Source: Carcharhinus longimanus (Eukaryota). Taken from it: a stretch of 64,000 nucleotides of DNA. The notes below the pieces were generated by a model. It was not told where the DNA came from. It worked only from the letters and a program-made list of their open reading frames with translations, and made no database searches. This document shows, one piece after another, positions 10,916 through 22,453 of the stretch. The stretch is from the NCBI GenBank assembly GCA_030264375.1, contig JASCQW010000132.1:76809933-76873932 (forward strand), given 5' to 3'. Made by a program: the position numbers and the translations under genes. Positions within the stretch are counted from its first letter, which is position 1, and each line of letters starts with the position of its first letter.

Positions 10916-12593
10916 CCATTTACCTAATGAAGTGGGTGGGGTTCCTAGAATGCAATAAATAAACTGCCACTAATTTTGGGAGGATAAATCAGGTGTAGAT
11001 ATTTTACAATAGATTAAAGGCAGTAACCCCTAAGAATCCATTTACTTCCCCAAATTCACCCTTAAATGAACTGTAATTCAGAAGGAAATCCCAACCATAC
11101 GATTAAATTCAAGTGTCGGAAGCAAACACAATGCTGATAACTTTCACAATGGCTGTAAAATGAAATTAAATAATTATTTTCACACAGAGACTTTTAAGAC
11201 TATGAAATGTATTACCACAAGTGGCTACTGAAATTGAGATAATCATAAAATTGAGTGAGGACTTAGTGAAGAGAAAAAGATCACAGGGTCAGGAAAAGAG
11301 CAAAATGTATAAGAGTAGATATGTTCAAAGTGAAACTACCACTAACATGATAGAAGCATGATAAACCAAACCGTATTTTTCTGTCTTGACATTTCTATGA
11401 TTTTGTATCATAATTTTGATTATTACATAGATGTAGAAATCTTACCTATCTATGCATTACTTAAAGCTTACACACCCTTCATCGAATTAAGGTCAGATGA
11501 CATTGTTATCTGGATATTTTATTGAGAACATATATGAAGATTTATCACCACTGGGTTACCTTTCATCTGTTGCTCAAGGGAGTCCATTCCCCAGACACAA
11601 TTTAGCACCTTGCAGTTTTAATATTATAGAATCCTGCTGAAGATGTTTTTCAGCTCCTATGAAACTAACATACCACTATTGTAAAAATGTTGGCAAACCT
11701 GGCAAATGTGGTATGGCAAGGAATGGGGAGGGAAGTCAGACATTCTCTATTGGAAAAAAAGAAAGCTTACTCCTAGGCCCTTTTACTTTTAAAATCTTGA
11801 AAAAAAATATTGCTGACCTTCAGCCACAACTCTGAACTGGACCCCAAATTGGCCCAGTTATGCTGCTTGTCAGCGTGGGTCTGTTTGTGGGGAATAGAGG
11901 TAGGCCTATGCAGCATTTTTAGACATGATTTCTCTCTCCATCATTCTGAAACAAGAAGTTAGAATATTTAATTCAATGTAAAATTATGTAAATAAAGTGA
12001 AACAATAGTGGGAAAGAAATGTTTTTGTTTTAATTTTTAAAAATATTCTCCAATAATAATTAAAATCTAAAGAATTGAGACTTCACCTGTAAAAGTAGAT
12101 TTTAATGGTTAGAGAGGATTTTTTGTCAGTACTTACGACTTACAACACTGGTAGAAATTCACTTATACTTTGCGATGTCCTCTGTTCTGATTGGTGGGTA
12201 TCTCATGGTAAAAAGACTCACCCCCTTCCATGCTTGTGAATGCTTTGATAATGCTATTAGAACAAAATTTGTGGAGGAGCAGGGTAAATTGGACATCAGC
12301 TTTCTGTTTTCTATATATAATTGTGTAAAGAAGGTACTGCAAGGATGTTGCTATGTGATTTACTCAGCTTTTCAGCTCAAAATCCAGGCCTATGTTTTTT
12401 TTTGCTTTATCCAGCAGGTGGCAATAAAAGTCTTTGCCATTATAAAAGCTGAATGAGAAAGGTTGTGCAATAGGTTCTATAATCATGTTTCCTCATTCTG
12501 CATTTAACCGTTAATATGATTTTATTGACGTTGTTTCAGTAATCTGCCCAGCAGGCAGCAGTTAACCAACTGCATTTAGTCACCCTCTAATAG

Positions 12594-12905
12594 TGGCGGC
12601 ACATTGGTTATCACAGTGCCAAGGACCTGGATTCGATTCCTGGCTTGAGTCACTGTCTGTGCGGAGTCTGCACGTTCTCCCCGTGTCTGCGTGTATTTCC
12701 TCCTTCTGCTCCAGTTTCCTCCCGCTGCTCCGGTTTCCTCCCATAGTCTAAAGGATGTGCTGATTTGATGCATGGGCCATGCTAAATTCTCTCTCAGTAT
12801 GCACAAAAAGGCACTGGAGTGTGACAACCAGGAGATTTTCACAGAAACTCCATTGCAGCGTTAATGTAAGCCTACTTGTGACATGAATAAAGAAACAATA
12901 AAACA
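12594..12905 (+). mobile_element. V-SINE, tail type B
   Basis: ggattcgattcc B-box, V body with a short internal duplication, tail aatgtaagcctacttgtgacatgaataaa. Confidence 0.85.
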
Positions 12906-13032
12906 AATGTGTTTCAATGATCTAAACAATTACCTTAGAACTTGATTATTCTCCAGATTATCAGAAATGTAATTTTTGTTATATTTTACTTTCTTTACAG
13001 TTGTTGTACAATTGCGTGGGCTAATATGTATG

Positions 13033-13213
13033 GTAAGAAGTCTGACAACACCAGATTTGAGTCCAACCAATTTATTTGATAGTAAACTCACAAGCTAGAA
13101 AACAAGCTAGCTTGTGAGTTTACTTTCAAATAAATTGGTTGGACTCAAATCTGATGTTGCCAGACTTCTTACTGTGTTTACCCCAGTCCAACGCTGGCAT
13201 CTCCACATCATGA
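13033..13213. mobile_element. Mini Penelope (family A) fold-back insertion with 12-bp TSD
   Basis: Arms 13033-13098 and 13107-13172 are reverse complements (3 mismatches); ctaatatgtatg at 13021-13032 and 13214-13225; homologous to 16690-16795. Confidence 0.9.
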
Positions 13214-13789
13214 CTAATATGTATGAACAGCATTGTAACTATTAAAATTGAATCATTTTGTCCCTTGAGATTTAATCAAAGAGTTTGACCATATGGCTAA
13301 TCTTTCATCGTAGAATTCACAATGCAGTGATTTATAATTTAAAAATCTGCATTAAAAACTTAAGTTGTTTCAATACTCCATTTTGACTTTTGAATTGCAT
13401 CATTTTCTTTACATCTCTGTGGATAGGGGATTGTGAAGGACAATTAAGAAGGCTTACAAATTCAAAGCAGTTTCCATTTAAAATGTTTCTTTGTTATTTA
13501 AAAAAACTCAGGTAATTATTGCTGGATTTTTGATTTCATTCAGCAAGGAGTGTTGTATCTCTCTGCTGCTCATACTCAATTTTTTAATGATTCATTTTAT
13601 TATTTAGTATTCATGTGAAAAAAAATCAAATTTTAAAAGAAGAAACATAATCTTAAGTCTGCTCTTTTAGTGGTTTATTTCCCAACAGATTAATCCTTAA
13701 CTTTGCATCCTTTACATAGTCAAGGGTACTGAGCAATAACTTAATGGATTTTATTCCAGATTATCACCATTTAATGGGTTAACAAATCA

Positions 13790-14050
13790 CAATTTCTGGT
13801 GTAGTATGGTTTAGGAAGGTGTAAGGTTCAACTCTCAGGGTAAATTTTCTGCTCCCATCCACCATGGGAATCATTGCGGGCAGAATGGATACCATTTAAA
13901 GGTCTGTTCACCTCAGGCAGGTGCGACTGGAAAATCCCACCTAAGACCTATGTTTAGTTAGATGATATAGTGTTATGTTGCAGTTGGGCTTAGTATTATT
14001 GTAGTCAGTGTTCCCACTCCTCATTATTACTGACCAAGCAGGGACATATA
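13790..14050 (+). mobile_element. Highly decayed LF-SINE-like element interrupted by a MITE
   Basis: gtgtagtatgg...aggaaggtgtaaggttcaa [MITE] ...gttagatgat...cagttgggcttagt...cccactcctcattattactgacc follows the LF-SINE motif order. Confidence 0.4.
13838..13941. mobile_element. Harbinger-type MITE
   Basis: gggtaaattttc...ggaaaatcccacc; flanks tca/taa. Confidence 0.6.
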
Positions 14051-14084
14051 GTCTTTTGGTAGCACAGAACTTGTATATTGTTGA

Positions 14085-15140
14085 AAAACAGACATGCTGT
14101 TGAAGCTTTTCAACTTGCACTCATCAGGTCAGGCACAAAAATGTAAGATTTCAAAGGTGAAAACAATTTATATAATGAGAAAAGAGTGTTGATCAGTTGG
14201 TGAGTTGATGTTGATTGATTGAAACATTGTCATGGAGAATGCACCAGAAAACTTTTATCCTTCATGTTTTTGTTTAGTTCTAAAAAAGCACAGTGCCTAG
14301 ATATGTACCCTTTGCCTGCAGAAGAAACATCTTTATATATGAATATATGTAACTTCTAACAAGTGCAAGTGAACCTCGTCACAAACCTGACTGATATTTT
14401 TAAATTAGTTGTTAATATAATTCTTAGCACACTTGGGATTGTTCAGAAAATGCTGTCCAATTGTGGGGATCACAGCTAACGTTAGATATTATGGCTGGAA
14501 TTTTACCACTTGAGCGGGTGAGGCTCGCAGAGTGGAATTCTCCTTCGGCCTCGGATGGGATTTTGCGAGCCTCGCCCGAGCGAGGTCATAAAATCCCACC
14601 GTATGTTTTGAGTTTTGCAAGGTTGGGCTAGTTGAGTGCAGTCAGTACTCTGCCTTTCATGAACAGTCAAAGTGATATAAAGACAAAATACTGTGGATGT
14701 TGAAATCTGAAATAAAAACCAAAATAAGCAGGTCTGACAGCATCTGTGGAGAGAATAGAGCCAAAGTTTCAGGTTTGGATGATTTCCATCCCCAAAGGGC
14801 TATGCTGTTTCATGCAATCCACCCAGTGATTGAAATGCACAACTTATGTACCTGGCATCACACAGGCACTGAAATTCATACACCACATTACTCATTTGTG
14901 TAGTAAGCAGATCATTTTGGCTTGACAACATCATCCTGTTAGTGGAAAATCACTTGTGTTGCTATTGCATAGTAGCAGTGTGAGATGGCTGGTTTCACTT
15001 GTTCAATTTTTTGAGAAACCTTGTCATTTCAGGATAATTTCAACCCTTTTTTTTAAAGTTTAATTTGTTCACTTTGAAATTTGGCATTCTTGTGTCTGTC
15101 CTGTGGAAGATGAAAAACTTCCACATCACATCATGCTTCT
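14085..15140 (-). mobile_element. Penelope-like element (family C): GIY-YIG domain plus terminal repeats in inverted arrangement
   Basis: Minus strand TQMSNVVYEFQCLCDARY (14845-14900) and IGQHFLNNPKCAKNY...HLHLLEVTYI (14340-14465); 14095-14170 and 15060-15130 are diverged inverted copies. Confidence 0.8.
14493..14601. mobile_element. Harbinger-type MITE
   Basis: ggctggaattttac...cataaaatcccaccg flanked by TAT/TAT. Confidence 0.8.
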
Positions 15141-15369
15141 TTTTTAAAACCAATACTTATACATGTTATATATGTATTTTAAATTTTAATCTAAGTTTTT
15201 ATATTTGAGAACTAAATTTGTGCTTAAAAAAAGTAATTTTACAACCTCAGACTTTTATTAGGTGTTTGTTATTCTCTGGTATTTCACTCAAATCACATTA
15301 TTCATCTAGACTATTTCATAGGCCAATACATCACAATACTTACTGTGCCTACCCCATTCCAATGCCGAT

Positions 15370-17460
15370 AACTCCACATCATGACACCGCAAACTGCCAG
15401 CTCAAAGTGGAGTGGATCTCAAAGCAGATCACGGATATTGACACAGACATCAAGTTTCTATAAAGATGCAAGAAAGCAGACAAATACCGAAAGGACACAG
15501 ATCACAAACACTCTCAGGTCAACCTATAACACAGACTATGCTGAGAGACTTTGCCGCCGTACCTCTCTCACATTTCTCAACCACCAGCTTTACAGCAGAT
15601 GCCACAACCTGGAAACCAAGGTAGGGTCCATATTCTCAACTTGTGCTCAGGATGGAGACCAGCTGCGAAACACTGCCAAGCAGAGGAGACAACAGAACTA
15701 CGCCATCTACATGCAAACTAAGAACAAGAAACGTGAGAAACTTGGCATCATCATCAGCAGCAACCAAGCCTCCCCCAGTACCACAGTAGAAAACAATACC
15801 ACTGCAGGGAAGTCCATCATCAATTTGTCAGACTACACACCTCAACCAGACAAAATCGAAGCTCTCAGCTGAGGTCTCAATTTTTGCCCCACCACCAAAA
15901 TGGACCCCATCAGTCTCGCAGCGGACACCAAGGAATTCATCAGGTAAATGAGGTTCCGGGAGTTTTTCCACAAATCCCAAGAGGCCAACAGCGAACGCAG
16001 TGAGACAGCCGATGAACCAGAACATCCGACAGAGAAATCCGTGGTTCAGCGACCGAAGAAGAAAGAGTTGAATTGGATTCGTCAGATGCTGAACGGCGCC
16101 CTTGTAAGAAACAGGACATGGCGCTCAACTCACCGATCGACAATTCCGATGTGCCACAGTGAAAAACCACACAGATCTCCTCAGAAGACAAACACAGGAC
16201 ACAGTGGATAGTGTACCCTTCGTTGTCCAGTACTTCACCAGAGCAGAAAAGCTACAACATTTTCTCCGGAGCCTTCAACATGTTATTGATGAAGATGAAC
16301 ATTTTGCCAAGGCCATCCCCACACCTCCACTACTTGCCTTCAAACAACCACACAACATCAAACAGACCATTGTATGCAGCAAACTACCCAGCCTTCAGGA
16401 GAACAGTGACCATGACATCACACAACCCCGCCACAGCAACCTCTGCTGGATGCGCCAGATCATTGACACAGATGCCATCATCTCATGTGAGAACACCATT
16501 CACCAGGTAAATGTTACATACACTTGTGACTCAGCCAACGTTGTCCACCTGATATNNNNNNNNNNNNNNNNNNNNNNNNNNNNNNNNNNNNNNNNNNNNN
16601 NNNNNNNNNNNNNNNNNNNNNNNNNNNNNNNNNNNNNNNNNNNNNNNNNNNNNNNTTCCGAGTGTTGGACCAGGTTAAAGCACTCCGAAAGCTAGTGGCT
16701 TTTGCTATCAAATAAACCTTTTGGATTTTAACCTGGTGTTGTGAGACTTCTTACTGTGTTTGCCCCAGTTCAACGCCGACATCTCCACATCATGAATACC
16801 ATCAACATCACAAACTGCCAGCTCCAAGTGGAGAGGATCTCCAAGAAGATCGCACATATCAGCACAGACATCAAGTTTCTAAACACTGCAGGAAAGGATG
16901 TCCCGAGGCATGGTACATTGGGGAGACCATGCACACGCTACAACAACGGATAAATGAACACCACTCAACAATCACCAGGCAAGAGTGTTCTCTTCCTGTT
17001 GGGAAACACTTCAGTGGTTACAGGCATTCAGCCTTTGGGTAAGTGTTCTCCAAGGCAGCCTTCACAACACACAACACAGAGTTGCCAAGCAGAAGCTGAT
17101 CGCCAAGTTCCACAAACGTGAGGATGGCCTCAACTGGGATCTTGGGTTCATGTCACACTATCTGTAACCCCCACAATGTGCCTGGGCTTGCAAAATCTCA
17201 CTAACTGTCCTGGCAGGAGGCAATTCACACCTCTTTAACCCGTACTTAACCCTTTCTCCACTCACATTGCCTGCATCTGTAAAGACTTTGATTGCCTGTT
17301 AAGACTCACATTCCAACCAATATCTTGTAATTGAGTTTGTGTCTTTATATGCCCTGTTTATAAACACAACTCTTCACTCACCTGATGAAGGAGCAGCACT
17401 CCAAAAGCTCACGCTATCAAATAAACCTGTTAGACTTTATATTGTGAGGCTACTTACTGA
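15370..17460 (+). mobile_element. Penelope-like element (family A), internally deleted and rearranged, with GIY-YIG endonuclease and hammerhead-like terminal repeat
   Basis: ORF start repeated at 15380 and 16791; IINLS...GLNFCP-type motif (15815-15890); YTCDSANVVHLI (16515-16555); CRKGCPEAWYIGETMHTLQQRINEH...GLNWDLG (16887-17150); terminal repeats at 16681-16790 and 17375-17460. Confidence 0.92.
17375..17415 (+). ncRNA. Decayed minimal type-I hammerhead ribozyme motif
   Basis: ctcacCTGATGAaggagcagcactccAAAAgctc; the copy at 16681 retains ctccGAAAgctagtg; here GAAA is changed to AAAA, consistent with CpG decay. Confidence 0.65.
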
Positions 17461-17706
17461 TCCTGTACTTAACAGGTATGCAAACATATATTTTTGAGGA
17501 CAGGCCCCCCAGATAAGAACAGGAGCACTGAATAATTGTTCCATCCTTAGGCTAGGTGCACCATGGCCGTACATTTCTTTCATACAATCTTTATTTGATA
17601 GATATGTATGTGGCGAGGCCATCCACACAAAGGGATGCATTTATTACAGGTTGGCTACAGCAATTTCATGTTATGAGTTATATCCAAATCCCATATTAAA
17701 ACTATA

Positions 17707-17795
17707 GCTGGAAAATTCCTTGGAACTGCTCCTGCTCCAGCACACTTTTGGAAAACCAGTTCTACTGGAATAGAAATAGCTCCCAGGAATTTTGT
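17707..17795. repeat. Imperfect palindrome, probable small MITE
   Basis: aaaattccttggaactgctcctgctccag ... ctggaatagaaatagctcccaggaatttt. Confidence 0.5.
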
Positions 17796-18569
17796 GACCG
17801 TTCATTGGCTAATTACTAAAATGTGAATCTTGAGATTTGAACTGTGATTCATCCTTTTCTGAACAGGGTAATAATTATTTACTCATAGTTTTGGTAGAGA
17901 TTGATTTTTAGGTGGTGTGAAATTCATACACAATATTCTTGATGACCCATGCCTCAAAACTTATTACTTTATAAATATCAGTAAGAAATTAGATGTAGAT
18001 AAAATATGGCATGCAAAATAACTGATTGAGAGAGCAAAAATTACCATCTTCAGAAAAACAAACTTGTTTCTTTTGTTGAGCTTATATATGCTTGAATTTA
18101 ATTAACCATTAATGATTCCACATTCAGGCTTACTGTATTACATTGAATTCAGTACTATGTGGTTTATAATCTTATGAAAATGACAGTGAAGCCTTTTGCA
18201 AGGGACCATATCTATAAAATGATGGGGACTACACTTAGATGTTCGATAATATGATTGACTGGAATATATGAAAATTATCCTTCATCATGTAGTTTGAAGC
18301 CATTGTTTTTGATTTTACATCCAAAAGCTGAAATAAATTGTTTTCTCCCTGCTATTGATATGTTTGAGTAGCCTCTGTTTTTCATTATCAGATAACCTAA
18401 GAAACCAGATGTTGTTTTATGAACAACCATACGTACAGTGTGCAAAAACCATTTGCTTTATTATCATAATCTATCTTCATTTGCCAAAATGTCTTGTACG
18501 ATTTTTAAACCTGTCTTCTGGCATACTCAGTCAGAAACATGCTATTCTGCTTTGCTCATTGCACATTTA

Positions 18570-18700
18570 AGTATTCTGCTGAATTATCTCTGTTCCTGCC
18601 TCAATCCATCTGTTGTGGAAACTTCACCCATGCTTTTATTACCTCCAGACTTGACTATTCTACGGTTCTTCTGGTCAGTCTTCCACCTTCCCGTCCTTTC
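18570..18700 (+). mobile_element. L2 LINE ORF2 C-terminal fragment
   Basis: HAFITSRLDYS motif (L2 HA.V.SRLDYCN). Confidence 0.75.
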
Positions 18701-20499
18701 AATGATCATGGGGAGATGTTAGGTTCTGAGAGGTGGTAGATGGGTGGAAAGAGGACATTGGGGCTTGGTTCTGGAGAGGGGAAGGAGATCTGGATTTGGT
18801 TTGCGGGGTGGAGCAGGGGAGGGAGAATTTTGGGTAATGGTTGTTGGGAGGGTCCCAATTATGAAGCCTTCTTAGGCAGATACCTTGATCTAGGGATAAG
18901 ACAAAAGGCACATAACTCCTGACTCCACCAACTACTCACCTCAAGGAAGCCTCTGTTCTTTGTGGCTTGGGAAACTTGGAGGTCAAAAGCTGCTTGAAAA
19001 CATGGCTCACATTCTTGTTATTGTATTTAAAGCTGTAATTTGCACAGTTGGGTTAGCTGTGTGATCGTCTTCTGGCCTCTGTTAAACTGGGAAATGGGTC
19101 GGTTAGAGGCAGATTTGTGTCAGGAAACAGATTTATCTGACATTATAATTCAAACCTGCCCATAAATTTTAGTTAAAGATCCCAATCTACATCTCGATTA
19201 ATAAGGACAAGGATGCTATTTGAATTTTTAACAGGCTTTGCAGGTTGTCCTTCAAAGATCTGCATACATTCAATGCCACATCTCTCTGTTACTGCACCCT
19301 ATTAATAAGNNNNNNNNNNNNNNNNNNNNNNNNNNNNNNNNNNNNNNNNNNNNNNNNNNNNNNNNNNNNNNNNNNNNNNNNNNNNNNNNNNNNNNNNNNN
19401 NNNNNNNNNATACATTCAATGCCACATCTCTCTGTTCCTGCACCCTATTCATCAGTGGTGAGAATGGAGAAGCCTGTAAAGTACAACCATTTGGATGCAG
19501 CCCGCCCTGATCATTGATGTTTTTTTATTTTGCAGAATGGTAACTTTTTAAGTAGCTCTTCCCTTTTAGGTTTGCTCCATGCAATATTGCTGCCAACTCC
19601 TCCTTTATTGCAGCGTCAATAGCTCAGCCTTGTCTGCTACCATCCCAATAAGATCTCCTTTTTGCCCTGAACCATTGGGTTACTTTTTATGTAAATTGCT
19701 CATCTAGTCTCATACTTACTCCTTGGCCCTCTTATTCCCTGTGTTTTTAGATTTCTTTTACGCTTTCTGTATTCACCTCAGTTCTCTACTAAAGTATGAA
19801 CTAAATGTTTAGCTGAAGGCTTTTTTTCTGTTTCATCAGGACCTCTAGTCTTGGATATTCTTTCTTCCCACTTCATGAAAATGTGCGTACTCTGTACCTG
19901 AACCTTTCCTATTGCTCACTTATCATTCTAACAATCAACTTTTGATTCCACTTGACCTGAGCCAAACCCTATTTTTAATACACCAGGCAGAATTTAATGT
20001 GATGGGAGACATGGTGGCCGGGCCCACTTAATTATGGGAGAGGCTAAGCATCAGTCTGCTGGGGTTGAGAAAATCTCCTGCAATTAAGTCAGAGCTAGAA
20101 AGGGACCAATGTGAGAAACTTGCCCGCTTGCAATGAGATGTCAATTAGGCTCATTAACAACCAATTAACATCAATTATCACTGAGCCCACTGGATTTTGT
20201 TGGTGGCTCAGGGATTATATGGGCTCCTGAAAGCTGCAAAGCTAACACTGTTCTATTTGCCTGTGAACTAGAGTTGGGTAGGGTCCCTTGTTCATCAGCA
20301 CTCAGTGCCCAATTGAGGAACTTGGCATTGGAAGGAGAAATGGCACTGAAGAACAAACCCTCTACCTTTGCCTGCAAACTCACCTTCCTCCTAACTCCAG
20401 TAATTTCCTCTCCGTGATCTTCATCCCATTCCACTTACCGATGTCCAATGACCCAGCAATGATCGCTGGTTAAGCACTTAGAGCATAATAAGAGGGAAC

Positions 20500-20722
20500 T
20501 CACCAAATTTCCTTGGACAGCATCTTCTAAACACATGACCATTGCCACCTGGAAGCAGAAACGCGTGAATGGCACCACCAAGGGAGGTTCCCCCCATTCC
20601 CGATTTGGAACTATATCGCCATTCCTTCACTGCCTCTGCATCAAAATCTTGCAACTCCCTCCCTAACAGCACTGTTGGTTTACTTTTACCACATGAACTG
20701 CAGTGGTTCAAGAAGGCAGCTT
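20500..20722 (+). mobile_element. 3' tail of a CR1/L2-clade LINE
   Basis: ttggaactatatcgccattccttcactg...ctcccctaacagcactg...tgcagtggttcaagaaggcagct. Confidence 0.6.
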
Positions 20723-22107
20723 CAGATGGTGCTGCTGGCAGTAGATAGTTGGCAGCCTCTGACTGGCTGGCAGATCTTGGCCATTAGGATTTTCACCTCC
20801 AGTGACTTAAATTCTGTGGGAGGCATGACACTGGCCAGTTAATTGCCTGACAGGCACTTAATTCTGTCAGACTTACCCCATGGAAGGAAAGTGAAGTTCC
20901 TTTCAGTTCTCCAACATGTGGGCAAGACCCCAGTCACTCATATTACATCTGCTGAAGTTAGCTCACCTCCAGGTTTTTACTCTTGAATTTAACTTGTCCT
21001 CTCAGTCTCCCATTGCCTATTTCTAAAGTCTCCTCCTGGTTCATAACCCTCCCTGAACTCTGCATTCTGGAAACTCTGAAGGATAGGCACAAAAGTAGAA
21101 TTGAAGTTAAATTCAGATCAGCTATGATTTTATTGAATAGTCGAACAGCCTTGATGGGCTGAATGGCTGACTCCTGCTCCTATTTCTTCTGATCTTATGG
21201 CTTACCATTTGCTGATGCCAATTTATGCACAATTTATTCTTCTTCAAAGCGCCTTGAAATGTTTTGATATGTTCAAGATATAAATGCAAGTTGTTTCTGT
21301 AGTAAATTATAAATATTGCTTGCATTGGATTCATTTATGGCAAAACTTAATTTATTGTGGAAAATATAAGTAATTTAAATTTAAAAAGATCAAACAACTA
21401 ATAGGGGTGGATTTTGAGCCAGAATTTGCCACAAGCAATATGGGTGCAAAATTTCCCAAGAGGCCCTGTCCCTCACTGGCGAGTACGGCTAGGACCTCAT
21501 TTCAATAAATTTTAATTTGCATTTTATTAAAGGTCTTCCCAGCCATATGATCCCCCCTCACTAAATATTCGTACTGACGTTCGNNNNNNNNNNNNNNNNN
21601 NNNNNNNNNNNNNNNNNNNNNNNNNNNNNNNNNNNNNNNNNNNNNNNNNNNNNNNNNNNNNNNNNNNNNNNNNNNNNNNNNNNNNNNNNNNNNNNNNNNN
21701 NNNNNNNNNNNNNNNNNNNNNNNNNNNNNNNNNNNNNNNNNNNNNNNNNNNNNNNNNNNNNNNNNNNNNNNNNNNNNNNNNNNNNNNNNNNNNNNNNNNN
21801 NNNNNNNNNNNNNNNNNNNNNNNNNNNNNNNNNNNNNNNNNNNNNNNNNNNNNNNNNNNNNNNNNNNNNNNNNNNNNNNNNNNNNNNNNNNNNNNNNNNN
21901 NNNNNNNNNNNNNNNNNNNNNNNNNNNNNNNNNNNNNNNNNNNNNNNNNNNNNNNNNNNNNNNNNNNNNNNNNNNNNNNNNNNNNNNNNNNNNNNNNNNN
22001 NNNNNNNNNNNNNNNNNNNNNNNNCGCAAGTATATTTTTATCGCAGATCGACGCACCCTTTAAAGATGATGGCTTGATCTCTGTGGCACCACCCTTGTTG
22101 ACATTGT

Positions 22108-22453
22108 TCATAGAATCATAGAATCCCTACAGTGCAGAAGGAGGCCATTCGGCCCATCGAGTCTGCACTGACCACAATCTCACCCAGGCCCTACCTCCAT
22201 ACCTACATGTTTAGCCACTAATCCCTCTAACATATGCATCTCAGGACTCTAAGGGGCAATTTTTTTTAGCATGGCCAATCAACTTAACCAGCACATCTTT
22301 AGACTGTTGGAGGAAACCGGAGCTCCCGCAGGAAACCCAAGCAAACACGAGGACAATGTGCAAACTCCACACAGACAGTGACCCAAGCCGGAATTGAACT
22401 CAGGTCCCTGGAGCTGTGAAGCAGCAGTGCTAACCACTGTGCTACCGTGCCAC
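22108..22453 (-). mobile_element. HE1-like V-SINE, full length
   Basis: Reverse complement of the 9322/54291 copies; catagaatcatagaat tail. Confidence 0.9.

Noticed and set aside
19262-19450. Near-identical ~40-bp repeat flanking the 19310-19409 gap
   Set aside because: Probable allelic or overlap assembly artefact
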